The position numbers and the translations under genes are program-made. From Octopus bimaculoides (taxonomy: Eukaryota), in the NCBI RefSeq assembly GCF_001194135.2, contig NC_068990.1, positions 9,871,238 through 9,935,237 on the forward strand: a stretch of 64,000 bases of DNA, given 5' to 3'. Positions 52,283 through 64,000 of the stretch are shown here, one piece after another. Under the pieces are notes generated by a model. It had not been told where the DNA came from. It saw only the letters and a program-made list of their open reading frames with translations, and did no database searches. Each line of letters begins with the position of its first letter. Position 1 is the first letter of the stretch.

Positions 52283-54479
52283 ATGTGTGCGCACGCGCGC
52301 GCGCTTAGTGGAAGACAGAATATAATATCTGAATGAATGTTTGTCTTCGTGATGAAATGAATAGTTGACTGGTTCGATTATAGTTAATTCAGTAACAAAA
52401 ATGAATAATGTATATTGGCTTCTCAATGCAGGAAGTATTGCAGGATGAAGGATGAGCTCTGCTCGAAATGTTTTAAATATATTGTAAGCACTATACAACT
52501 AGACATTTCCGTTTTTTCCTCTTTTACCCAATTTTCAATGCTGCCGTAACGTTGTACTAAAGTCCACACAAATACATAGAAACCTTTTGAATAGGCTTCA
52601 CCCACACACTTGCACATCTAATGACCTCAAGAATCTCGATTTTCATGTCTAGGAAAAACGTAATTATTGTAAAATCAATTGTTGTCAGTATCTTCCTAAT
52701 TTGGACAGAGATAGTCATGTTGATAGGGTGCACAAGACTCAGCACATTTATCAATGTAATCTCTGACAGAAAACCCTTCATACAAGGTTGTAATTTATTT
52801 AACTTTCCAAAACTCATCATACTTTCTGAACTTAACTGAAATGATGTTTGCCGATTCAATACATCACTCGTCTCCTTTTCAATACATTTTGTACCACAGT
52901 GTTTATAAAGAAAATAAGTAGAGAACAACATTCAAAGAAGTTGATAAGTTCGTGTGTAAATGATGCATCACTTTTATATTCGAATGGTTATTGCTGTCTA
53001 CTAAAATTATATATTTTTATGGTTTTAATTTCAGGCTGGGCAAGCATGGCACGAACAGACATTGTAATACAAAAGCCTGTCAGACATATCATTAAATCAC
53101 GGTAAATGTGCTGTATATCCTTTAAATCTGAAACTGCAAATAGCCCAAATACAAGGTGAATTCAAATAGTATCCGATCTTATTTTTTCCAGCCAAAACTA
53201 ATGCTACATGGGACAAATCTTTAGTGTGGGAAGTGAGCCTACCCTTTCTGCACATGAAATTAGCTACTTGCCAATCTTTTCCACCTGAAGGCGGAGGCCA
53301 GCTTTACAGTAACATTAATAAACATCGACAATTGGTTGCATTTGCACGACTTTTTAAACACCCCATCTGCTAACAATGCACCTATTACGTAATTCTTAGC
53401 CACCAGAAGCAACTGTTGGACCTGAATTTCCGTGCGCGTTCCCCTTAGCTTGTCTGTATTTTTTGTACTCCATTTAAATTTATTCTGTACATATGTGAAT
53501 ATCTATATACTAATACACGATATTTCATCTGAATATCTTTTAAGTTCTTGTTCCTCTGTACTGTATATATATATATCCGTTTATATATTTACATGCCTAT
53601 ATATATATATGTATATATGTATGGGTGTGTATATGTATGTATGCATGTGTGCGCGTGTATATATATATATATACACACAAACATATGCATATACATATAC
53701 ATACATATATATATAAATATATAAACACTAAATGATACATACATGCATACGTAAAAAGAAGAACACCTAATAGAGTTGCCGAAGAAATGACATTTGCGAA
53801 TCAAATTAAAGCAAAATATAAGACCTGTTGTTGAATTAATACATGCAAATCTCTCATGCTAAATAAGAGAAAATAAATTTTAGCATAGTTACACTAAATA
53901 ACCGCAATGCAAAAGAAGCAAAAACAAAAATGGTAAAAACGATGTTATATGATTTGAATAATAGGTGATAAAAGAAAGGTCGAAAAGCGTCATGTTCTCA
54001 AATTAAGAGTATAACAAATTTAAGGTTAGAAATAGCCAAAAAATTTAAAATCTTTGAAACTTTCTCTAATATCCAACGAAGAACGATTTCAAATATATAC
54101 TTAATAACAAAATAGCTTTACTATCGTCATTAACACAGCAATGCACGATATGTAACACGTAGCGTTTTCACCATGCACAAAATGTAAGAAGAATATAACA
54201 CAGAAATATCGAAATGAATATTTAAAACCACTTCCTTCATCGATGATGAGAACTTATGCGACCACGGCTGATCCAGATGTAAGTATAAAGGAATGATTAA
54301 CATTTCTATTATTGTACATGTACACCAAAAATATTTTAGCTCCTCGAGGTAAACTTTGGGAGTATATTTTCATGTTTTTTTTTATGTATTGTATCGTCTA
54401 ATATGTTGTTATTATCGTTAAAATATGTGCATATGTAATATGTCGTAACTAAATTGTAAATAATCATACAGACTGAAAG

Positions 54480-54534
54480 TAGGAAGAAGATGCAAACTAG
54501 GAAGAAGATGCAAACTAGGAAGAAGATGCAACTA
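54480..54534 (+). repeat. 18-bp minisatellite, 3 copies
   Basis: TAGGAAGAAGATGCAAAC x3 (the third copy lacks one A). Confidence 0.95.
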
Positions 54535-55241
54535 AACACTTGATATATGTGAATATATGTGATCCGCTTGAATATTGTTTCGAACGAAAACAGATTTTTC
54601 TTAAGTGACTTCCACGCTTTTGAATTTACTGGCCCTCAAGCACTGGGGACCCGTGAGATGAATTGGAAGGTGAAGCTATAGACGCTGTCCTTTTTACGTA
54701 TGCATGCATGTATCATTTAGTGTTTATATAGACGTTGTCCTTCGCAATCAACAATTTTCATCATGCGACACCGCAGTAGTATTAACGACCAGCAATATTA
54801 GAAGTAGCATCTCTAGCAACAAGAACAAACCGTAACAAAATGTACATCAGTAAGAAAAAAAAATGACAACAGCTGCTAGAGCAACTAAGGGAAGACGGCA
54901 ACTGCAACAACAGCCTTCATTTATTAGTGCAGTGTGTAGCAGCGGACGAAACACAACGATCGATTCCGAGGTCACCAGTGTTGGGGTGGAATTCATTTCC
55001 ACTTCCACCATCTCTCTAATAAGATATTGTAGCAGCAGGGCAGGGATATCATTAACTACACGTGTAATAGGTAATGATAGCATTTATATCAATATAAGTA
55101 ACATCAACAGGTACGGGCAATAACTGTGACTTCAGTGTGAAAGCACGGTTAGATCTCCTGCATGAGCACTTACTGCAAAAGCGTTAGATTTTGCCCAATT
55201 GGGAAACATCAAAAACTGAATGTAGCTGAGTGACACCTCAC

Positions 55242-55339
55242 CATCTTAGGAGGAAGGATGCTTATATTCACGATGCCAGAAGAAATTTTGAAAACAATGC
55301 TTTGCTGATTGCTATCAGTGATGATCACATGTGAATCTT
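55242..55339 (-). CDS. candidate exon, product unknown
   Basis: Strong acceptor TTTTTTGCTCTCAG|; open frame DSHVIITDSNQQSIVFKISSGIVNISILPPKM to |GTGAGG. An alternative donor |GTAAGT at 55173 gives a 166-nt exon with stops in all frames. Confidence 0.25.
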
Positions 55340-55504
55340 CTGAGAGCAAAAAACTGGACTATGCTTGAATAGCATTTGGGGAGATAATGATGTTCCTTCG
55401 CTTGACAGCCAATATGTTTAAATACGAATGAAGAATCAGAGACCGACCTCAGAAGAATCTCACCGATTCCACCGTCACTTGGAAAGGATAAAAACTAAGT
55501 AAAA

Positions 55505-55822
55505 TGTAAAGAGTCAATTTTATCGACTCCGAAAAGATAAAAAGAAAATTGGACATCAGCGGGGTTTGAACTCAGAAATCAAAGCCAGAGGAAATGTTGC
55601 TAAACATTTTATACGGCATGACAATGGTGGGGCCGGATCGCGCCTTAATAATCCTCTCTACTATTTCTACAAGGCCTGAATATTTGAGGTAGGGTGCTAG
55701 TGAATTTCCTCAACGCCAGCACTCAGCAACTACTTATTTTCATCGATCGCAAAAGGTGGCGTTTGAATTGAGAACAAAAAACGAACGAAACGCAGGTAAG
55801 CGCCCCAACGATTCTGCCTCCT
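55505..55822 (-). mobile_element. two decayed Nin-domain-like SINE copies
   Basis: TTTATCGACTCCGAAAAGAT...TTTGAACTCAGAA and ACTTATTTTCATCGATCGCAAAAGG...AACGATTCTGCC. Confidence 0.65.
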
Positions 55823-57412
55823 TAATTATATGTTCTCTTTATTACCAGCAGAGGGTGGTTAAAAACGTCGAACACTGTACATGGTAATTTGTGGAATTCA
55901 ACACAACAACTAACACAAAGAAAGCCTTTAAAACCACCACCCAGTAACATATTTATTAGCTGACGTATATCCTGAACAGGATACCATGAATTTTGTATTT
56001 AGATTTCAAATTACATTACGGAGAAGACGTCTGCTTTCATTGGTTAGACGCAGTGCTAAATCTCCGAACATCTGTAGCACTGTGATAGAAGCATTAGAAT
56101 GTTTCTTAAGAGTAGTGTTTCTCTCGTACGGGCATTCTCCCCAGTGAAAGCACATCCTCAGCAGCATTATCATTGACCAAACTCTTGAAGATACTTCAGT
56201 CAAAAACAAAGTTAATAATCTTCTAATAACCTCATGTTAGACCACAATCGACTATCGAATTCACCTAAATGTTGCAAACAACATCCACACCTGCACCTAG
56301 AAAAGGGTTAGGCAACAAAGTGCTATAAACCACGTTTTTTTACCTCTGACGAAGATTTCTTTCGGGAACATATCAGTTCCAGTTCCATTTCTATAAAATA
56401 CTTATCGAATGTGTGTATGCGTGCAAGCGCGAATGTACAAGAAAGCGTACATAAATACACTCAGAAATATACATGCACATTCACATAGACAAAATTTTCA
56501 TTGTGTAAGTCGATATTCTGCTGGTCATTTGCAATTAACATTACTAAATGGATTATATCGACTCGCTCTCACTTTCGACGTCATTAATGCAGTGAAGTGG
56601 TGTTTAGACCGGTTGAATTTTGTAATACAAGGACGATATTATTTAAGTGTTGCTAGTTAATAAGTGAATAGCTTATGACATTAGGCTCCATACGCAATCA
56701 AATCTAATGAACGTATGTACAATAATTCATGTATAATTGAAAGAAAAATTCTTCAAAGGAATCACAGATCTGTGCATAGTTTATGAGTGTCGTGTAACAT
56801 ATCCTAAAATATTATACACGGAGTATCCGGATAATTCTTTAAAATTGTTTCGCATAATAGATGATATAAATCTTTATAATGGTGTTTCATAAGACAACAT
56901 AGCCAAAAACAGTATTCTCTCTAATTCCAGTTTTAATGGAACTCCCTCCGTGAAACTGTTTCCCTAAACACTAAAAAAATGTTTCTGCTTTAATTTTATT
57001 TAGTAAATACAAGGTCATGAAATTGTCACGCAAAACATAAATTCGTTGCATTTATGATGTGTAAGCTACCACACTCTGTATTCATTGATAGTATTAACAT
57101 TATAACTCTGCCACATTTATATGAAAATTCTGTTCTGTCACAGGCAGCACCTTCGAACACTATGGCGTGACATAATCAATAAAATCTTCAGTTACTTCGT
57201 AACATGTTATAACTTATACTGAAGTAAAAGACCATTTACAACGTGGTTTATAAATAATTCGTGAAATCTTTTTGAACTATACTTAAATCAACATAATGGA
57301 GAAACTTCCCCTCCGTGCTATGTATCATAGAAATTCAGTGCGGTAAGATTTAAGCTGAAAAATCTAGTTAAATGAACACTATTCTCAAAATGCATAAATA
57401 AGTAAGACTCAC

Positions 57413-57561
57413 CCAGTTGAAAAGATATCCACTATTCGTTGTTCTGATCCATTGAAAGTTAAATGTCTTGGCCTTGGACATAAGTCAAAACCGATGAAAG
57501 GAAATGCATCACCAACACATCTGTAGTCGTTCGGCTGTGTATTGATTTGGCCAAATATAAT
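57413..57561 (-). CDS. candidate internal exon, product unknown
   Basis: CCATTCACTATTCACTAG| 149 nt |GTGAGT; only one frame is open: IIFGQINTQPNDYRCVGDAFPFIGFDLCPRPRHLTFNGSEQRIVDIFST(G). Confidence 0.3.
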
Positions 57562-58811
57562 CTAGTGAATAGTGAATGGAGCGTTTCGAGAGATATTTTT
57601 AACAAAACGTGACTGTAACTGGATTTTATTTATGTTGGCCTTTCTGAAATTCAATATCACCTAAACACAATAACATTTAAAATTACTACTCGATTGATAG
57701 AGAGTCCTGATTAAAAATACTGGAATCACACACTTTCCTCTTCTAATATTTTGTTTTTCATTTCCAAAAGTTAGAACTGTATATAAAGCTACCGAAAACA
57801 AAACGGATACGTAATTGAACTTCAGTTAATTTAAAGGAAAAATGCCAACACTTTTCTGGGATTCCGGTACGGCTGATCGATCTAATAACATTATAAAACT
57901 CAATTGACAAATGCCATCCGTTAAACCGATCCCAAACATGCTCATGGATGCAACCCATTCTTTTACAATATCGAACCCTTTGCCAATAATAGTAATCGAT
58001 ATACGTATGTGTATACATTACTTTCAGTAAATATTTTATCATTCGTCAATGTTTAATATCAATAAAGATTTCACGTTGTTTCATAGATGTAAGAGTTGCA
58101 AACTGTTTAACGTAGCAGAGCAAGAATGATCCAGTATTCATTACTTAACCATTAAAGTATATATTCAAAGTTTACCTTGAACATATTGGCCTAAGTTTAA
58201 GTTCCATTTCGAAACATTAGGGATAATCAGATCAATTGTTTTTACATCAAGTATAGCGTTCTACGTTGTTGTTACTGCCTTTTAGTTTTAGCTAAACATT
58301 CTACATCAGATAATTGAAAAATATTGTCAACTCACGAATATTGAGTCATCTTGCGAGGTAAAAGGGACATTCATCGAGTTGACTTTGTGTAGTTTCGCAA
58401 GGTAAAAGGACGTCCATAGCGGATGAGGTTATATATAGAAGTTGTGGACTTCTATCAGTTCTTCGGCTTTCTAATCATCCTCAACTGAATCACAGTCTAT
58501 GTCGCTAAAATTTTCTTAGTGCTTTATATTGAGAAAGTACATAATGTGTGCAAGAGTTTGAATAAGTGATTTGTATTTAAACATAAGTGAAGATAAGAAT
58601 GTAATCTATATAAAAATATCTTCGGTTGCTTACCATTTTTTTCGATTGAAATCTCATATAGATATATATGTTTATATTAACGGCTAAATGCATGCATATA
58701 TACGTATGTATGTGTGTGTGTGCATGTGCGTATGTTTGTGTTTGTGTGGAGGGTGTGTGTGTACGTGTGTGTGCGTGAGTATGTATATATATATATATAT
58801 ATATATATAAG

Positions 58812-58852
58812 CTCAGGTGTGGCTGTGTGGTAGGTTGTTTGCTTCCAAGCTA
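58812..58852 (+). mobile_element. SINE head fragment (Meta-domain-like family)
   Basis: GCTCAGGTGTGGCTGTGTGGTAGG..GTTTGCTTCCAA parallels the 31917 head. Confidence 0.6.
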
Positions 58853-59124
58853 CAGATATGCAATTGTACCTAGAATTTCAATAGTACCAATATTTGTGTT
58901 CTTTCGATTCAGGAGACATCACTTACCATAGCCAATGATCTTTGCTATGTGAAATACCATATTCTAACGACAAATATTGAGAGTTGATCCAGTCTATCTT
59001 AAGGTAGAATATTATATATGATGCTCATGTGTCAGGAGCTCCGATCCTGTACTAACTTTTATCACAAATGTGAAGACTAGACAATTTAAATCCTAAGCAG
59101 GGGTCATGAAAATATTCAGCAAAA

Positions 59125-59300
59125 CGCCGGTGTCGCTGTGTGGGTAGAAACTTGGTTTCCAACCACATGGTTTGGAGTTTAGTCTTACAACTTGGCACGC
59201 TGGACGTGGGTCTTCTGCAATAGCTTCGTGCCGACTAAAACTTTCTGAATGGATGTGGCAGACAGAAACTGATCGAAGCCCGTATGTATGTATGTATGTA
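59125..59300 (+). mobile_element. decayed Meta-domain-like SINE, 5' half
   Basis: GTGTCGCTGTGTGG...TTCCAACCACATGG...TCTTCTGCAATAGC...GCCGACTAAA...GACAGAAACTGATCGAAGCCCGTA. Confidence 0.75.
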
Positions 59301-61145
59301 TGTGTGGGAGATTTTCTTCCCCGCTTTTCTTTTCAAAATTCATTTCTAAAGTATCGTTGTTCAATCTCTATCTATGATTTTCTGGTCTGTCCCAAACTGT
59401 CGCTGATCAATATTTAATTCGTAAGTACGTGAATGTGAACCGAAACGCTTACCTCTATAATCATAACTCATAATTTTACAGTAAACTGATATTTTTATTG
59501 CCTAGCACATTCTTATTGGGAAACTAATATATTATGTTCGAATTATGTTTCTCACTCACGTAAATTACTGAAGTAGACTGAACTGAACATTATATAAAAT
59601 TATGTAATTTACAATTGAAATCTAATGAGTATAAGAAAACAACATATGGAAATTTTCCCTTACAAAATTAGTTATCGGCTGACAGTTGTCTGGAAAATTA
59701 CATCGTATTGTAAAGTATTCCATATTCATTCCCATTTTATTAATGTCTTGCAATTTGAATTTTGTATAGTACTTAATTCCTTCGTTATTCTAAATACTCA
59801 TTATGTTGGAAATCATTAAAATCTAACCCATGCAAATGGAGGTTATTATACAAAGATTAACTAAGATTAATTACTCCGTTTATGTACGTTGTAAATATGA
59901 CTTATTCAGATTTATTACACTTCTATAAAAATTTTCATAAATATTTGTTTAACATTTATTGTTTTGTGTAGTTTTCCCATTTACCAAGAAATGGAAATTG
60001 TCTTGTGCTTAATTTCAATATCCTTTAATATGCTATTTTTTTTTACTTGCTCTATTGTATATTCATTTTTCTTATACTAACCTTATATTCCCAGTGTAAG
60101 TAACTTAAATGTATAAAGCATCCAATTTCCGCTTCATTTCGCAGACGTTTCCTAATATTTAAAATAAATATAAATATTTAATACGTTTCCTTAAGTTTCA
60201 ATATATCTTTACTTAGCTAATTCACAATATATAAGTCTCTTTATTTTCCTATACGAGGCTCCTCGATAATGCCTGTCTATAAGACAATATTTTCTTTACG
60301 CTGACGAAACATTTCAGACAGATTTTGAATTTTGGAATTTCTTATGGGGTGTAACAAATATTTTACAAACGAATGCAGGTTGTAAAAGTATTCCACTCTG
60401 CACTACATGACATAATGTGGTGTAGCGAACCAGGATTATATCTTAGTTCACTTCTTCGTTTCATTCTCGGAAATATCATTTTATAAATTACGATGACTTT
60501 ACCGTCAATCAGAGGATTCATTTTCTATATCCATATCCATATCCCCTTCGATCTTAAAATCGCATTTTTTTACTTTATGCAAACTTAGGTGTTCACATTG
60601 AAATAGGCGACGAAACCATCTCAACTGATCTAGTCAAGTTCTGATCTGAAGTAATTTCAAGAATTATGATTCTGTAAAACACAGTATAGTTATTTCTTCG
60701 TAATCGATAAACTTTCTAAAACTAGATCTCCATTCTAAAGCCCAACATCCACGCCCACGCGCCCGGTCACACGTATATATATATATATATATATATATAT
60801 NNNNNNNNNNNNNNNNNNNNNNNNNNNNNNNNNNNNNNNNNNNNNNNNNNNNNNNNNNNNNNNNNNNNNNNNNNNNNNNNNNNNNNNNNNNNNNNNNNNN
60901 NNNNNNNNNNNNNNNNNNNNNNNNNNNNNTCACAGTCGATCACCAATATAACTAGCGTTTGCTTAAATTCTCCTTAAACGGAAATATTTCTAATAAATCA
61001 GTGATTTATCAATGCTTTTTAATATGCTTCTAGATATAACGTTCTTTCTAATCGTTGGTGCTAGCAGTACAGAAATATTTTGTTTGAACTATTTTCTAAA
61101 AAAAAAAACAAAACAAAACATAAAACGAAAAATTTCAGCCTATTA

Positions 61146-61258
61146 TTAGTGTCTATGTCTGAGTATCTTCTTCAACCAGTTTGGTTTAACTCTGATGTCT
61201 GGTGGTGACTTGTTTTGATGCCGCATAAGTAGTGACTTTTCTGATTCAGTGGAAATAC
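61146..61258 (-). CDS. candidate terminal exon, product unknown
   Basis: A long pyrimidine tract then ...TACTGACAG|; the phase-1 frame reads ISTESEKSLLMRHQNKSPPDIRVKPNWLKKILRHRH*. Other frames stop earlier. Confidence 0.25.
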
Positions 61259-61796
61259 CTGTCAGTATTTGCCAAAAAAAAAAAGAAACGAAAAACAAAA
61301 ACTGTCTGTGTTTGAAGAAATAAAAAAAAAAGAAAATCTAAAACAAGACGCAAACAAAGATGGTCAAAGACAGAAAACATATCCTTGTCCATTGGTGTCA
61401 AAAATATAGTATAACTGCGTCTTCAAATTATTTCTACTTCTTTCTCTGACACTATCACAATTATTACAACTACTTTGTCTACAGAGTCAGAGAGAAAAAT
61501 GTTTTCGGTAAAACATGAATTTATCTTCGGTGCCCTTGAATATAAAAGTTTTAGTCTTTGATGTTGAAACGATACATATCCGTATATATGCGTATACATA
61601 CATAGGTATCATATTGTCCGGATAGTTCTGTACGTTTTTATTTAATATGCAAAGAGGGATGTAAATAATTGACCTTTCAATAAATGTTATTCAATGAAAT
61701 AATTTCCATTATTATTAATGACATTTGTTCATCTATCAGGCAATTTAAATATTCCCTCAGCATTACCTTTGACTGGTTTTCAAGGAAAAAGGTTAC

Positions 61797-61841
61797 CTGG
61801 ATGCATTTGACATCCGTCTTAATCGGTAAATGCAATGAGTT
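61797..61841 (-). CDS. candidate 45-nt symmetric exon
   Basis: GTTCTTGTTTTTATCTCTTCAG| 45 nt ...CAG|GTAACC; open as NSLHLPIKTDVKCIQ (phase 0) or THCIYRLRRMSNAS (phase 2). Confidence 0.35.
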
Positions 61842-63362
61842 CTGAAGAGATAAAAACAAGAACTACTACTCTATCATCAACCTAAACCTTTTATATTTAT
61901 AGGGAGCGGATAGACTTCTTTTGGCTCGGCATACCACATGATTTGATGTCGCTATTTCTGTTTGTTTTATTGCTCGTGAGATTTATGCAGGTTTTATCCG
62001 TAGATCTCCAAGTACTACCATGATGAAATACATAGTACACATAACCATGTTACGTTATGTATATAAATGTGTCATCAAAATATAATTCGTAGAAGATTTA
62101 GTCATTTTATCCAGTGGTTACGGTAGATTTGTAGATTTTTCCACAGGACTAGGAGATTAATATTAGACTACTTCTCAAATAAATAGGAGACAATATTTCC
62201 CATTCGTTTACAGAAGAAGAGATGGTCCCAGTATTTGATAGATAGATATTTAAATAAGTTTGAGAGGATAAAACATAATGTTGGTTTAGAACACTGGAGA
62301 ACGAACGCAAAACAGTGAAGTTTTTCTATTTCGATGAAGTATAATATAAAACATCTCTATTTTATAATAAGAATAAGTAAAATCCTTTCTCTTACATGAA
62401 ATAATTCTTCCTGTTACCTGTATATACTATAAAACAGGATATCACTGATTCCATTTTATAAGTATCAATATATTGGATTTTTAAAATTTTTATTATATAT
62501 GTTGTAATACATTTGTTTTATTTATAATTTTTCACTTTCTTTTACTATTTAAGAGCTAGAAGCGAAAATAACGTATATTGCTAATATTGTTTTATAGAAA
62601 TGAAAATAATATATCTAAAACATGTAGACTTCTACTACTATTGGATAAAAAACAAATAGGAAAATTTTGCATATAAGGCTATAAATATTTATGGTTCTCG
62701 CAAAAGCTGCCGAATATGAAACAATTTCATTTAGGTTCAGAGAAACGTTTCTTTTAATCCAAATATAGGTAAAAATAAAAATAAACCTTATATCAAAAGC
62801 GGGAATATTGGCAGTAACAACACAGTAACAACATGCAAACAATGTCAATTTTATACAGCATTGCAATAAAAGACATGCATATTGTTTGTATATTTATATT
62901 CTAAATGAAAGTTTCTCCTTTTGGATTATTCTGTGTGAAAACTAAATCATATTCTCTTCTCAGTACTTCAGCAAAATAATATTTTACGTTTCAGTTAGGA
63001 TATAACCCGATTGTCGTATTGCATATTCTTCGAAAATCTTGTTAATAAGCACATATATCCGTATATTCGTTCACATAAAAAAACACTCTTATAATGTGCA
63101 AGCATATACTTGTACATATACATATACACACGCACATACACATGCACATATTCATTTACAAATGCATGGCAAACCTTTTATTGTAATTCTTTTGTTACGT
63201 ATTGGAAAAGAAGAAAGAAAAATTAGATAACTTAATACTTGTTCATAATATTGTAGAGTATTATAATTTTCTTTTATTTAAAAAGAGAGCCTACCGTCAA
63301 ATGTAGCAGAAATCACAAGTAGCGAATACATAGATAGATACATGCATGGAAACATGCATCGC

Positions 63363-63403
<41 letters not shown>

Positions 63404-64000
63404 GAAACATACACACATACACACACACACACACATACACTCATGATGAAAAGTAAAACGAAATACGAAAAAATTTAATAGAACAATATAAAAAAGACTA
63501 CGGTAATAATATATGTGATATGAGGAGATGAGGTTTCGGAGTTAATTCAGAAACAAATAGCAATGAAGCGATAGAAGGGAAAGCTGGTACTAGAACGAAA
63601 TATGCTTGCATGTAAATTTAAAATAAAAACTCTTTGTATGGTACACAAGGATGAATGGTAAAAGATAAATACGTTACACAGCTTTTCTTTTAGGAGAGCA
63701 AAGAGTATAAGCGTTTCATTTTATTTTCTAGCGTAATTGCCTGTGTTTCAGTACGTGTGTGAGCTCGATAAATCGCAGGAAAAAAATTTTGTTGTGTTTC
63801 TGTTTTTTTTGTGTGTGTGTGTGTGTGTGTGCTTGGGCGTGTTTAGATGTAACGTTTACGCAATATTCTAAAACATTCAGACGATTATAAGGTTGAATAG
63901 TTTGTGGAATCGGGAAAAACTGATACACGCGTAGGTTTGTCTGAATATAATGAATATAATCAGACTTTAAATGCAAGAAAGTGGTGAGAGGTTTTAAAAT

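Noticed and set aside
54480-54534. Repeated 18-mer as a CRISPR-like array
   Set aside because: Units are contiguous with no spacers; simple minisatellite in a eukaryotic context.
58353-58417. Imperfect ~21-bp direct repeat (AGGTAAAAGG.AC.T.CAT)
   Set aside because: Only two diverged copies and no supporting context.
31917-59300. tRNA-like A/B boxes as tRNA genes
   Set aside because: All continue into SINE bodies and lack a complete cloverleaf.

Overview
AT-rich animal genomic scaffold, most likely a coleoid cephalopod (Octopus-like). That assignment rests on remembered SINE family sequences and extreme microsatellite density and was not checked against a database. The window has 15 N-gaps (~3.5 kb), nearly all flanked by microsatellites. 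It is dominated by decayed transposable elements: three R4/Dong-clade LINE 3' ends, two Penelope-like RT relics, two mariner (Hsmar1-like) and two DD37D/maT-like transposase relics, and about 17 tRNA-derived SINE copies or fragments from three families. I found no intact recognisable protein-coding gene, rRNA, true tRNA or CRISPR array, and most ORF-track entries are microsatellite or gap artefacts. Best leads: (i) a hammerhead-ribozyme-like motif with a non-canonical core in a Penelope-type repeat (15483-15518), plus decayed look-alikes; (ii) a 70-nt near-perfect hairpin of pre-miRNA size (38103-38172); (iii) candidate minus-strand exons with good splice signals but no recognisable homology (55-62 kb, 39.8-40.1 kb); (iv) a stack of same-strand retroposon fragments next to an (AAT)n tract; (v) a 62-bp direct repeat and a cluster of GTGATATCAC palindromes near Penelope relics. 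I see no convincing evidence of a new multi-gene system. The leads are hypotheses.
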